From: an uncultured Ruminococcus sp.
GTDB lineage: Bacteria > Bacillota > Clostridia > Oscillospirales > Ruminococcaceae
Direction: 5' to 3'
DNA length: 55,532 nucleotides
Assembly (NCBI GenBank): GCA_964501705.1
Contig: CAZCUQ010000002.1
Coordinates: 1 to 55,532 of the forward strand
Part shown: piece by piece, positions 1-8,034 of the stretch
Layout of the letters: every line of letters starts with the position of its first letter
Numbering within the stretch: position 1 is the stretch's first letter
Made by a program: the position numbers and the translations under genes
Notes under the pieces: model-generated
What the model was told of the DNA's origin: nothing
Seen by the model: only the letters and a program-made list of their open reading frames with translations
The model's database searches: none

Positions 1-55
1 TGCAGTAACCGCGAAGCTCCGTCACGCCGATATCGTAAATTTCAGCCATAAAGGT

Positions 56-1195
56 TTACTTTTTTGCTGTTTTGGCCACATCGGCTTCAATGTTTTTAGC
101 CATTTCTTCAAGCTCGCTCAGATTGAAATTGATCTTCGGAACAGGTTTGGGAGCTGTGTTCTGAGACTGTCTTGCAACCGGCGGGATAGGCTTTGTGACG
201 GGTCTGGGCTGAGCGGGTGCGGGTGCCTGTGCCTGTACTTGTGCCTGTGCCTGCTGAGGCGCCTCTCTGTGAGCCTGAGCGGAAGCCATTGGGATAGGCT
301 GTCTCGGCTGAGCGGGAGCGGGAGCGGCAGTTCTTGCGCTCTGCTGTTCGGGAGCGGCGGGTCGCTGGCGTGTGAGAGCAGCGGGTATCTGACCGTTTTT
401 GAAGAATTCCATGGATTCTTCGATGGTTTTATGAGCGGAATCAAGCTTCTGTGCGGAATCTCCGTGGAGATTTTCGATAGCTTCTTTGATAGTCTTGACT
501 TTGTTATCCATTTCGGAGACTTCGGCGAGGATCATAGCCTTCATTTCGGCAGCCGCAGCCTTCATTTCGGCGGATTTATCCTCTGCATCGGCTATGATTG
601 CTGACGATTTTGCTTCCGCGTCGATAATAAGCTTGTTAGCCTTTTCATCGGCGCTCTTGACGATAGTGGAAGCCTTTGAGTTAGCGTCATCAACGACCTG
701 ATTGGCGAGACGCTTCGCGTCCTCGTCCATTTTCTTGGAATTGGCCTTAGCCTGAGTAACGATAGTGTTGGCTGTTTTCTGAGCCTCCATAAATACGTTT
801 GTGAGATCCATTGCGTTTGCATCGACCGATGAAGCGGCAGCCGCCTTGTTTTTGGCGTCGATGAGTTCGTTTTCAAGCTGAGCGTTTTTATTTTTCAGAT
901 CGGCGATTTCCTTATCTTTTTCATCGGATTCGTCCTGAAGAGTCTTCATCTGATTTTTAAGGGAGTCGTTATTTGTCTGAAGATCGGCAATTTTTTTCTT
1001 GTCTTCCGCAAGCAGCTTTTCGTATTTTTCATTTACTTCGGCGCCGCTGTCGCTTTGTTCAAGGAGATTGTTTTTCTGTTCAAGCTCCTCCTGAAGAGTA
1101 TAGATTTTAGTATTAAGTTCATCTACATAATTGAGTACATCTTTTTTATCAAATCCGCCGAAGCTGACGGTTTTGAGAAAGCCTGTGCCATCCAT
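56..1195 (-). CDS. divIVA: DivIVA-domain cell-division protein with Ala/Gln/Pro-rich C-terminal tail
   Basis: ATG at 1195 with GGAGG upstream. The N-terminus FGGFDKKDVLNYVDELN matches the DivIVA domain. A long Glu/Lys coiled-coil follows, then a low-complexity AQAQVQAQAPAPAQP tail. Confidence 0.75.
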   Translation of the reverse strand: MDGTGFLKTVSFGGFDKKDVLNYVDELNTKIYTLQEELEQKNNLLEQSDSGAEVNEKYEKLLAEDKKKIADLQTNNDSLKNQMKTLQDESDEKDKEIADLKNKNAQLENELIDAKNKAAAASSVDANAMDLTNVFMEAQKTANTIVTQAKANSKKMDEDAKRLANQVVDDANSKASTIVKSADEKANKLIIDAEAKSSAIIADAEDKSAEMKAAAAEMKAMILAEVSEMDNKVKTIKEAIENLHGDSAQKLDSAHKTIEESMEFFKNGQIPAALTRQRPAAPEQQSARTAAPAPAQPRQPIPMASAQAHREAPQQAQAQVQAQAPAPAQPRPVTKPIPPVARQSQNTAPKPVPKINFNLSELEEMAKNIEADVAKTAKK

Positions 1196-1476
1196 TGCGA
1201 ATACCTCCTAATTTTTCAAACTTTCACGGCTGCTGCCGAAGGAACAATATCACAGAGGGAAGTAACGAATCGGTTTGGAATTTCCCTAAAGATATAATAC
1301 CTATTATATGTTTCATTATAACATAAGACTTAAAAAAATTCAAGGAATTCTTCAAAAAATATATAAACAAAATAACCGTTCTTTTTTTGTAATATTTGAT
1401 AAATTGAACGTTTTATATTAATTTTTTTAATCCAAAGTGAAATTATTGCAGTTTTTTTTATAAAATTTTGATAAAG

Positions 1477-2094
1477 TCAATCATTTTCGCCAAAAAGTTT
1501 TTCCAGAAGCTCTGCTATATACAGCTTGACATGGATCTCCTCTTCCGAGGAATTGAGGATATCCTCGCCCTCATCGGAGATGTTGCTTTCGGAAATGGTT
1601 TCCTCGCTGTTTTCGTCATCCGAGAAGCAGGGCAGGCAGAGTGCGGGATACATTACGCACCACCAGTTTTGTCCCCTGCCGCTGCCGAGAGTTATTCTCA
1701 GTGCGGTGTAGTTTCCGTGCGGAACGAAAACGCTTTCGTAGGTTCTGTCATCGAAGTACATATCCGTGATTTCGGCATGAGAGCGGTAAGAGAAACCGTT
1801 TTCAATGAGTATTTCATCGGCCGCCTTTTCAATTTCGGGGAGATTTTCCTCTGCGGCGGAGAGAATATCCTCTCTTGTTTTGCAGTTTGAAAAGATCTCG
1901 TCCGACATGGAGAGAATCCTGTCTCTTACTTTCATTTTAACGTTCTGGTCGGCGGCGGAATCCGAGTTAGCGGGAATATGGAGCCTCAGAACGTTTTGCC
2001 GCAGGTTTTCGCTTCCGTCGGCCGTCGCGGCGGAGGCTGACAGGAAAAGAGATATCACAAGACCCAGAAGCGCGGGTAAAGTATGTATTTTCAT
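1477..2094 (-). CDS. spoIIR: Stage II sporulation protein R
   Basis: ATG at 2094 with GGAGG upstream and an N-terminal signal/TM segment. Motifs LRLHIPANSDSAADQNVKMKVRD and NWWCVMYPALC are typical of SpoIIR. Confidence 0.8.
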   Translation of the reverse strand: MKIHTLPALLGLVISLFLSASAATADGSENLRQNVLRLHIPANSDSAADQNVKMKVRDRILSMSDEIFSNCKTREDILSAAEENLPEIEKAADEILIENGFSYRSHAEITDMYFDDRTYESVFVPHGNYTALRITLGSGRGQNWWCVMYPALCLPCFSDDENSEETISESNISDEGEDILNSSEEEIHVKLYIAELLEKLFGEND

Positions 2095-2195
2095 AACTGA
2101 ATTCCTCCGTAATTTTTTCTTGTTTTAATTATTGGAAGAAAGAAGAAAAAATAATCAGATATTATTATATAATTTGTTTTTCATGGACTCGCAGC

Positions 2196-2290
2196 TATAG
2201 TAAACGACATAAAAATTTGTGCTTTCAGTCTGCGCAAAAATCATATATGCAAATTTTTGCCTGACTTCAAGTCAAATTTTTAATGCCGTA
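2196..2290 (+). repeat. Copy 1 of a ~100-bp dispersed structured repeat (right end truncated)
   Basis: TATAGTAAACGACATAAAAATTTGTGCTTTCAGTCTGCGCAAAAATCATATATGCAAATTTTTGCCTGACTTCAAGTCAAATTTTTAATGCCGTA is near-identical to the copies at 2728, 28834, 40434 and 55500. Confidence 0.9.
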
Positions 2291-2399
2291 TAAAAAAGAA
2301 GATTTTCAAAAATCATTTGAAAAATATGAAACCGTCTGTGAAAGTCGGAATGTCAGCTAAGCGGAAAAAATATCGGAAAAATTTTTTTTGAAAAATCAC

Positions 2400-2428
2400 T
2401 TGACAAATGATTTTTTTTGTGCTATAAT
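2400..2428 (+). promoter_or_regulatory. Sigma-70-type promoter for tRNA-Thr
   Basis: TTGACA (2400-2405), 17-nt spacer, TATAAT (2423-2428), about 32 nt upstream of the tRNA. Confidence 0.6.
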
Positions 2429-2460
2429 GTAATAGCACTGATTGAGAAACCTCTCAGTGT

Positions 2461-2536
<76 letters not shown>

Positions 2537-2537
2537 G

Positions 2538-2570
2538 AAAAGTCCTGCGGTATCCGCCGCAGGACTTTTG
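2538..2570 (+). terminator. Rho-independent terminator after tRNA-Thr
   Basis: Stem AAAGTCCTGCGG / CCGCAGGACTTT followed by TTTTGTTGATTTTT. Confidence 0.75.
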
Positions 2571-2632
2571 TTGATTTTTGGAAAAGGTTACCGAAATAAA
2601 ATGAAATAACAGTGAAAATTCCCTTTTTTCTA

Positions 2633-2662
2633 TTGACAAGAGGGAATTTTCCGAATTATAAT
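2633..2662 (+). promoter_or_regulatory. Sigma-70-type promoter, with an 11-bp inverted repeat straddling the -35 box
   Basis: TTGACA (2633-2638), 18-nt spacer, TATAAT (2657-2662). GAAAATTCCCT (2614-2624) and AGGGAATTTTC (2641-2651) form a perfect inverted repeat around the -35. Confidence 0.55.
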
Positions 2663-2727
2663 ATATTCAGTATAAAGAAGATGTATACTTTAAGTAAATT
2701 TTTATGCAAAATTACTTGAAGTGATTT

Positions 2728-2826
2728 TATAGTAAACGACATTGAAATTTGTGCTTTCAGTCTGCGCAAAAATCATATACGCAAATTTTTGCTTGGCTTC
2801 AAGTCAAATTTCCGATGCCGTTGACC
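2728..2826 (+). repeat. Copy 2 of the dispersed repeat, in the predicted 5' UTR of CDS 2845
   Basis: Same element as 40434..40535 with a few substitutions. It ends 18 nt before the ATG at 2845 and lies downstream of the 2633-2662 promoter. Confidence 0.9.
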
Positions 2827-2844
2827 GTTTTTTGAGGAGAATAC

Positions 2845-3726
2845 ATGAGTAAGGAAAAAAATAAATCCTTTATGGATACCGTCCGCGAGGTTCAGCGGAA
2901 AGAACGCGAGACAGAAGAAAAAAATGAACGCGAGGCAGCCGAGATACAAAGAAAACATGAGGAAGAAGCAAGAAAATCGTATGAAGATAAACTGCGTCGG
3001 GAAAAAATCGAACTGATAAAGCTTAAAGAGGGAGTTATTACAGAAGACGATATCCCAAAAGAGGAAAAAGCAGTGAAAAATTATACGGTATGGGAAAAAA
3101 TATCTAATTTCTTCTACCATGAAAAGCTTACTTTATTTTTCAGCGCGGCCGCACTGCTTATAGTGGTTTTTATAGTTTATTCCGTCGTCTCCGCAGAACA
3201 CCCCGATATGACAATAATGTATCTCGACAGCGACACGGGAATGCAGTACCTCTGCGATGAGGCTGCGGCGGTGTTCGCTCCGTACTGCGACGATGTAAAC
3301 GGAGACGGCGAAAGTCTTGTGAATATGTATTATATCCCCGCACAGCCCGATACGGACAACGCGGCTTCAATGCAGATGAGTATGTCCTACAGCACTCAGC
3401 TTGCCGCGGAATTTCAGGACGGAAACATTATAATGATAATCGGAACCGAAGATGATTTCAAGTTTCTCGGAATAGCTGACGACGGAACTCTTGCGGATAT
3501 GTCCGAAATTTACCCCGATGACGAAAACGCCGTCTCCTTTGGCTATAAGCTTTCGGGAACAAAATTTAAAGAACAGCTGGGATATGAGGGTCTCCGCAGC
3601 GATCTGTACGTAGCTTTGCGTAATCCCGTGGATCTGTTCGGATCAAGCAGGGAAAAAATGGAAGAAAACTACAACCTCGCAGCGGACGTCTTTGACAAAT
3701 ATCTTAAAGAAAACAAAGCTTCATGA
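2845..3726 (+). CDS. Hypothetical single-pass membrane protein (Lys/Glu-rich N-terminus)
   Basis: GAGGAG RBS 5 nt before the ATG. Charged KE-rich N-terminal 90 aa, TM segment LTLFFSAAALLIVVFIVYSVV, then an extracytoplasmic domain with no family I recognise. Confidence 0.6.
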   Translation: MSKEKNKSFMDTVREVQRKERETEEKNEREAAEIQRKHEEEARKSYEDKLRREKIELIKLKEGVITEDDIPKEEKAVKNYTVWEKISNFFYHEKLTLFFSAAALLIVVFIVYSVVSAEHPDMTIMYLDSDTGMQYLCDEAAAVFAPYCDDVNGDGESLVNMYYIPAQPDTDNAASMQMSMSYSTQLAAEFQDGNIIMIIGTEDDFKFLGIADDGTLADMSEIYPDDENAVSFGYKLSGTKFKEQLGYEGLRSDLYVALRNPVDLFGSSREKMEENYNLAADVFDKYLKENKAS

Positions 3727-3899
3727 GAAATTCCGGATCAGCTTTCCGCAGATTTGGAACTTTCTTTACACAACGCGTTATCGATTACAGAATAAAAACA
3801 ACAAAAAGTATCAACTACACAAAATAACCGTTATTTTGCTTTGAATTTATTAACGATTTGTTTAATGCTACGAAAATATATAAATTTTCAATCGTTCTA

Positions 3900-3928
3900 T
3901 TGACGTATTTTATAAAACATGATATAAT
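3900..3928 (+). promoter_or_regulatory. Sigma-70-type promoter upstream of CDS 4001
   Basis: TTGACG (3900-3905), 17-nt spacer, TATAAT (3923-3928). Confidence 0.5.
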
Positions 3929-4000
3929 TTCTACTGTAAGCTGAAAACAAAATCAGCGCCTTACTTAATACAAAAGAAAAAGAAAGGATGTTTCTGGACA

Positions 4001-5215
4001 ATGAAATCATTAAGAAAAATTACAGGCGTTGCTCTTGCGGCAGCAATTGCAATGTCATCGCTTGCGTCTGTACCTGTTTCGGCGGAAAGCATTCCCATGA
4101 CAGCGGAGGTGACCGCTTCGGAAGCGTCGGCAACGACATATTTAACGGATTCGGTGATCTCGTCTTCGGGCTATAAGACAAGCTATACTTCGAGATATGC
4201 TTATAAGACTCTTTCAAGCTCGGAAAAACAGCTTTACAAGAAAATTGTGGCTGCGGCGAAAAATCTGGAGCCTACGGTCGTTATTCCGAGCGGACTCAGC
4301 AAATCCGCGGTATCGAAGGTGTTTACGATAGTTTTTCAGAACGAACCGCAGCTTTTCTGGCTTGATTCAAACTATTACAATTCTTCAAACAAATATCTTC
4401 TTCTTCAGTACAAGACGATGGATATCGATGAGATAGAAAAAATGCAGACGTCAATAAACAAGACCGTCAAGTCGCTTCTCACAAAGGCAAAGAAGCAGAG
4501 TACGACTTATGGGAAATTAAAGGTTTTCTATGACTATATCGTTTTGAACAACAACTTCGTTCTTGAGAGCAAGGGCTACAATACTACGATTTACGGCGCG
4601 TTTACAGGTTCCGAGGATCTTCAGTGCGCGGGCTACGCAAAATCAATGCAGTATTTGTGCGACCTTGCGGGGATCACAAGCATGGTGGTGACCGGTACGA
4701 ACAAGGACGGCGCGTCTCATGCGTGGAACATTGTAAAATGCGGAGACGGATATTATAATCTTGACACCACATGGGGCGATCCCATAAACGATTACGATGA
4801 GAATTACATTCAGTATGAATTTTTCCTCGTACCTGACAGTTGGATACAGAACATTACTCATTATAACGTAGGAAAGTTTGATATCGACGGAAAGATGACT
4901 ACTCTTTACACTCCGCCCAAATGCACAAAGACAAAGTACAATTATTTTATCAAGAACGGCATTAATTATACCACCGCCGCAAAAGGCTATGCCGCTCTCC
5001 AATCGCAGATAAAGAAGGCTGTAAAGAGCAAAACAAACGTTGTAGAGATAAGAGTTACCACAAAGAAAGTATACGAGCAGCTTATAGGCAGTTCTTATCA
5101 GCAGAAAATACTGAAATATGCGAAATCATGCAGCAGCAACGTAAAGAATGTTGCGGTTCATACGGCATATACAAAAGGCTCATATGTTGTACACTACGAT
5201 ATAAACTACAAGTAA
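4001..5215 (+). CDS. Secreted transglutaminase-like (cysteine protease fold) domain protein
   Basis: Signal peptide MKSLRKITGVALAAAIAMSSLASVPVSAES. Cys-His-Asp core pattern CAGYAKSMQYLCDLAGI ... SHAWNIV ... NLDTTW. Confidence 0.65.
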   Translation: MKSLRKITGVALAAAIAMSSLASVPVSAESIPMTAEVTASEASATTYLTDSVISSSGYKTSYTSRYAYKTLSSSEKQLYKKIVAAAKNLEPTVVIPSGLSKSAVSKVFTIVFQNEPQLFWLDSNYYNSSNKYLLLQYKTMDIDEIEKMQTSINKTVKSLLTKAKKQSTTYGKLKVFYDYIVLNNNFVLESKGYNTTIYGAFTGSEDLQCAGYAKSMQYLCDLAGITSMVVTGTNKDGASHAWNIVKCGDGYYNLDTTWGDPINDYDENYIQYEFFLVPDSWIQNITHYNVGKFDIDGKMTTLYTPPKCTKTKYNYFIKNGINYTTAAKGYAALQSQIKKAVKSKTNVVEIRVTTKKVYEQLIGSSYQQKILKYAKSCSSNVKNVAVHTAYTKGSYVVHYDINYK

Positions 5216-5233
5216 TTGAATACTGAAACGGAA

Positions 5234-5270
5234 ACGGAGCGGAAAATCAATTTTTCCGCTCCGTTTTTTA
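5234..5270 (+). terminator. Rho-independent terminator
   Basis: ACGGAGCGGAAAA / TTTTTCCGCTCCGT stem followed by a T-run. Confidence 0.75.
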
Positions 5271-5490
5271 TCTCCTCTCCCGCTGTCGTTATGGTTTGGG
5301 AATGGCTCGCTTTGCTTCCTTTTTTGGGGGAGCAGCAGCTCTGATTCTCCGAAGACGTTTTTTCCGCAGCCAACGCTAAAAAACAAAATGAAAAGCAATG
5401 TAAACCTTCGGAAAAAATACGTAAACTTTGGTTTGCATATGAATATATCATTAATTTTTTTTTAACTTTTTAAATGACAACTTGAGGTTA

Positions 5491-5519
5491 TTGAAAATAA
5501 AACGTCATGGCGTTATAAT
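5491..5519 (+). promoter_or_regulatory. Sigma-70-type promoter of the XRE-regulator/PPTase pair
   Basis: TTGAAA (5491-5496), 17-nt spacer, TATAAT (5514-5519), 42 nt before the ATG at 5561. Confidence 0.5.
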
Positions 5520-5560
5520 GAAAATATGATAACGACCTGCTTTGAAAGGAGATAAATAAA

Positions 5561-6529
5561 ATGACATTAATGGAAAAGCTTGTAAGCCTGCGAAAGGAAC
5601 ACAAATTCTCTCAGGAGGAGCTTGCGGAAAAGCTCGGCGTGTCGAGACAGACAATTTCAAAATGGGAGAGAGGCGAAGCTTCCCCCGATATGGGAAACGC
5701 AATACAGCTTGCAAAGATATACGATATATCTCTCGACGAGATAGCGCGCTGTATTACGGGCGAGGAAGATCCCGTAAAGCCTCACGGAATAAGTCTTAAA
5801 AAGGAAACCTACAGAAACGCCGCCGAAAGTAGCGCCGCTTCAAACGAATATATAAGAATGGTTCTCCCCGAAAAGGAATCCGATGAGATATATCCTCAGC
5901 TGAACGCCTATAAATCGGCAGACGGCGGGAACGTCTCAGATAAAATGCCGGAAAGAAAGACCGTGCATGAAGAAAAAACTTTTGAAAACGATCAGGAATC
6001 CGTTCGTGTGCAGAAAATCAAGGGGTATTTTACGGATTATCAAAGAGAAGCTGTCGGAAAAAAGCTGATGAAATTTCCGTTCTGGGCGCTGGCGATTTTC
6101 ATATTCTTATTTTTCGGCGGAGTATTGCGTTTATGGGAATATTCATGGATAGTTTTTCTGCTCATTCCCGTTTACTATACAACGATAAAAGCGTGGGTCA
6201 GCAAAAACGCGTTCTATTTCCTTTATCCGCTTTTTGCGACGGCGGCGTTCTGCTTTTTGTGCATGGCTTTCAATGGCGAAAGTCTTATGGCAGCCTTTTT
6301 TGCAGTATGGACATTCGGCTCAATACCGCTTTATTACACGTCGATCATCGCGTACAGAAAGAAAAAATGTAAATTTTTCTGTTTTCCTGTGGCTGTTGCC
6401 ATATTGTTTGTTTCGGGAACATTGGTATTTGGCAGCGGAGAACTGTGGCTGTGGCTCTTTGCGCTGATACCGTTTTACTACATATATTCATCAAAGATAG
6501 ACGAAAAAATATTCGGGGGAAAGAAATGA
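5561..6529 (+). CDS. XRE-family HTH transcriptional regulator fused to a multi-pass membrane domain
   Basis: N-terminus LRKEHKFSQEELAEKLGVSRQTISKWERGEASP is a Cro/C1-type HTH. The C-terminal half has at least 5 hydrophobic segments with a thrice-repeated (L/S)IPxYYT motif. Confidence 0.75.
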   Translation: MTLMEKLVSLRKEHKFSQEELAEKLGVSRQTISKWERGEASPDMGNAIQLAKIYDISLDEIARCITGEEDPVKPHGISLKKETYRNAAESSAASNEYIRMVLPEKESDEIYPQLNAYKSADGGNVSDKMPERKTVHEEKTFENDQESVRVQKIKGYFTDYQREAVGKKLMKFPFWALAIFIFLFFGGVLRLWEYSWIVFLLIPVYYTTIKAWVSKNAFYFLYPLFATAAFCFLCMAFNGESLMAAFFAVWTFGSIPLYYTSIIAYRKKKCKFFCFPVAVAILFVSGTLVFGSGELWLWLFALIPFYYIYSSKIDEKIFGGKK

Positions 6530-7080
6530 TATATTTATTTGCTTCAAGGTTTATGGGACAAACCCGCGCCGAGCAGCATGAGGCGGCATACAAGCTTTTG
6601 TTTTCAAAGCTTCGGGAAGTATACAGCGTGAACGCTTCCTCGGAGATCATTCTGACGGGGATCAGCGGAAAGCCGTACTTTAAGGATATTCCGATAAGCT
6701 TTAACATTTCTCATTGCAGGGGATATGTATGCGCGGCTTTCTGCCGCAGTGACGAGGGAAACGTCGGAACCGACTGCGAAATGATACGTCCGTATAAGAA
6801 AAATATGGCGCTCAGATATTTTACCGATAAAGAGAATATCATCTGCGAAAATAACGATAAAATATTCACCGAGCTTTTTTCTCTGCACGAAAGCTATGTA
6901 AAATATACGGGCACGGGGATAGCGGGGCATTTTAAGGATATTTCCTTTGATATATGGGAGGGGAATATCCTCACCGACAGAAAAGATATTTCCTTCTATG
7001 CGTATGATATTGACGGAGGAATCGTCACTCTCTGCGCCGAAAAGAATTCGGGAGTCTATATGGGAAGTTTGAGTAAATAA
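6526..7080 (+). CDS. Sfp-type 4'-phosphopantetheinyl transferase
   Basis: The ATG at 6526 overlaps the upstream stop (ATGA). Motifs GKPYF, FNISHC, VGTDCE and LHESYVKYTG are typical of the PPTase superfamily. The ORF-track start at 6445 lies inside the upstream gene. Confidence 0.75.
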   Translation: MIYLFASRFMGQTRAEQHEAAYKLLFSKLREVYSVNASSEIILTGISGKPYFKDIPISFNISHCRGYVCAAFCRSDEGNVGTDCEMIRPYKKNMALRYFTDKENIICENNDKIFTELFSLHESYVKYTGTGIAGHFKDISFDIWEGNILTDRKDISFYAYDIDGGIVTLCAEKNSGVYMGSLSK

Positions 7081-7104
7081 AATGTGCTTGAAAGAGAAAA
7101 TACA

Positions 7105-7137
7105 GGCAGCACCGCACAAAGATTGCGCGGTGCCGCC
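7105..7137. terminator. Hairpin between convergent genes (possible bidirectional terminator)
   Basis: GGCAGCACCGC ... GCGGTGCCGCC stem with one mismatch, between the stops at 7080 (+) and 7162 (-). Flanking A/T runs are weak. Confidence 0.4.
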
Positions 7138-7161
7138 ATAATTTTATTGCTGCACAGACTT

Positions 7162-8034
7162 TTAGTCAGCAATAAGATTCACATAGGAATCGTCAAGCGT
7201 TTCATCTCCGTCAAACCCGCGGCACAAGCCATAATGCCCGTAATAAATGTCCTCAGCTTTATATTCCCCCGAATAATTCCAAACATCACTATGAGAATAT
7301 ACTTCCATAACTCCGCTGTAGGAATAAAAGCTGCTTATGCTTTTAATGAGAATATCCGCCTTATCCAAAGGAAAGCTTGTTTCACGGATAATGTATCTGT
7401 CGCCTTCATTTGTGCATACAGCGAAATGTGTTTTCCCCTCATAGGATGCTTCAAGAATATGTCCCTTTGTGAAAATATCGTCGTACATATATTTTTCCGT
7501 GTCACCCTCCCAATAAAACGCGTTTCCAATACTGTCAAGAAGGGCTGTGCGCAATACCGAAAACCTTTCAAAAGGACAAATCCTCCATTTAACATCACTG
7601 CTGTCGGAAGAGACATTTACCGAATAGGTGTGAAGCTTTGCAATTCTCTTATATCCCCACCTGTCATAAAGATAGACAAGCTCATCGGCTGCGGCAAATA
7701 CCATACCTGTTTTTCCGCTTTGCTTTGTAAAATTCATACAACCCTCTATCATATATTTCAGATTTCCGTGTCCCTGATAGTTTTTAAGAGTTGAAGCTGC
7801 AAAGGGAAATATGAAGCTCTGCTTTTGACCGTTTTTATCCTTGAAGTAAGCATCAAACCAATAAACCGCCGATTCAATTTCGGTTCCGTTAAAAACAACT
7901 AAAGTTCTTTCGGGAGAAAAGCTCCTTTCAAAGAAAAAGTCACAGTAGCCGTCCGCATCTTCGGGAAATCCCTCGCACCATATTTTTTTCAGAGTGTCAA
8001 TATCACTTTTCTTCGGATGTACCAGCTTTCGCAT
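7162..8034 (-). CDS. GNAT-fold N-acetyl/acyltransferase-like protein (last gene of the train)
   Basis: ATG at 8034 with GGAGG upstream, overlapping the upstream gene by 32 nt. The segment FPFAASTLKNYQGHGNLKYMIEGC resembles the GNAT acyl-CoA-binding core. Assignment is by eye only. Confidence 0.5.
   Translation of the reverse strand: MRKLVHPKKSDIDTLKKIWCEGFPEDADGYCDFFFERSFSPERTLVVFNGTEIESAVYWFDAYFKDKNGQKQSFIFPFAASTLKNYQGHGNLKYMIEGCMNFTKQSGKTGMVFAAADELVYLYDRWGYKRIAKLHTYSVNVSSDSSDVKWRICPFERFSVLRTALLDSIGNAFYWEGDTEKYMYDDIFTKGHILEASYEGKTHFAVCTNEGDRYIIRETSFPLDKADILIKSISSFYSYSGVMEVYSHSDVWNYSGEYKAEDIYYGHYGLCRGFDGDETLDDSYVNLIAD

Noticed and set aside
1-48. Possible 5' end of a minus-strand gene (ATG at 48, MAEIYDIGVTELRGYC...) running off the window.
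   Set aside because: Only 16 codons are visible, with no clear RBS and no recognisable motif. That is insufficient to call.
118-876. Several 70-120-aa ORFs in alternative frames within divIVA.
   Set aside because: They are products of the low-complexity, repeat-rich coding sequence of divIVA and give no independent signals.
5180-5451. Two 72-81-aa minus-strand ORFs downstream of the transglutaminase-like gene.
   Set aside because: They overlap the terminator and intergenic region, have no RBS, and have low-complexity composition.
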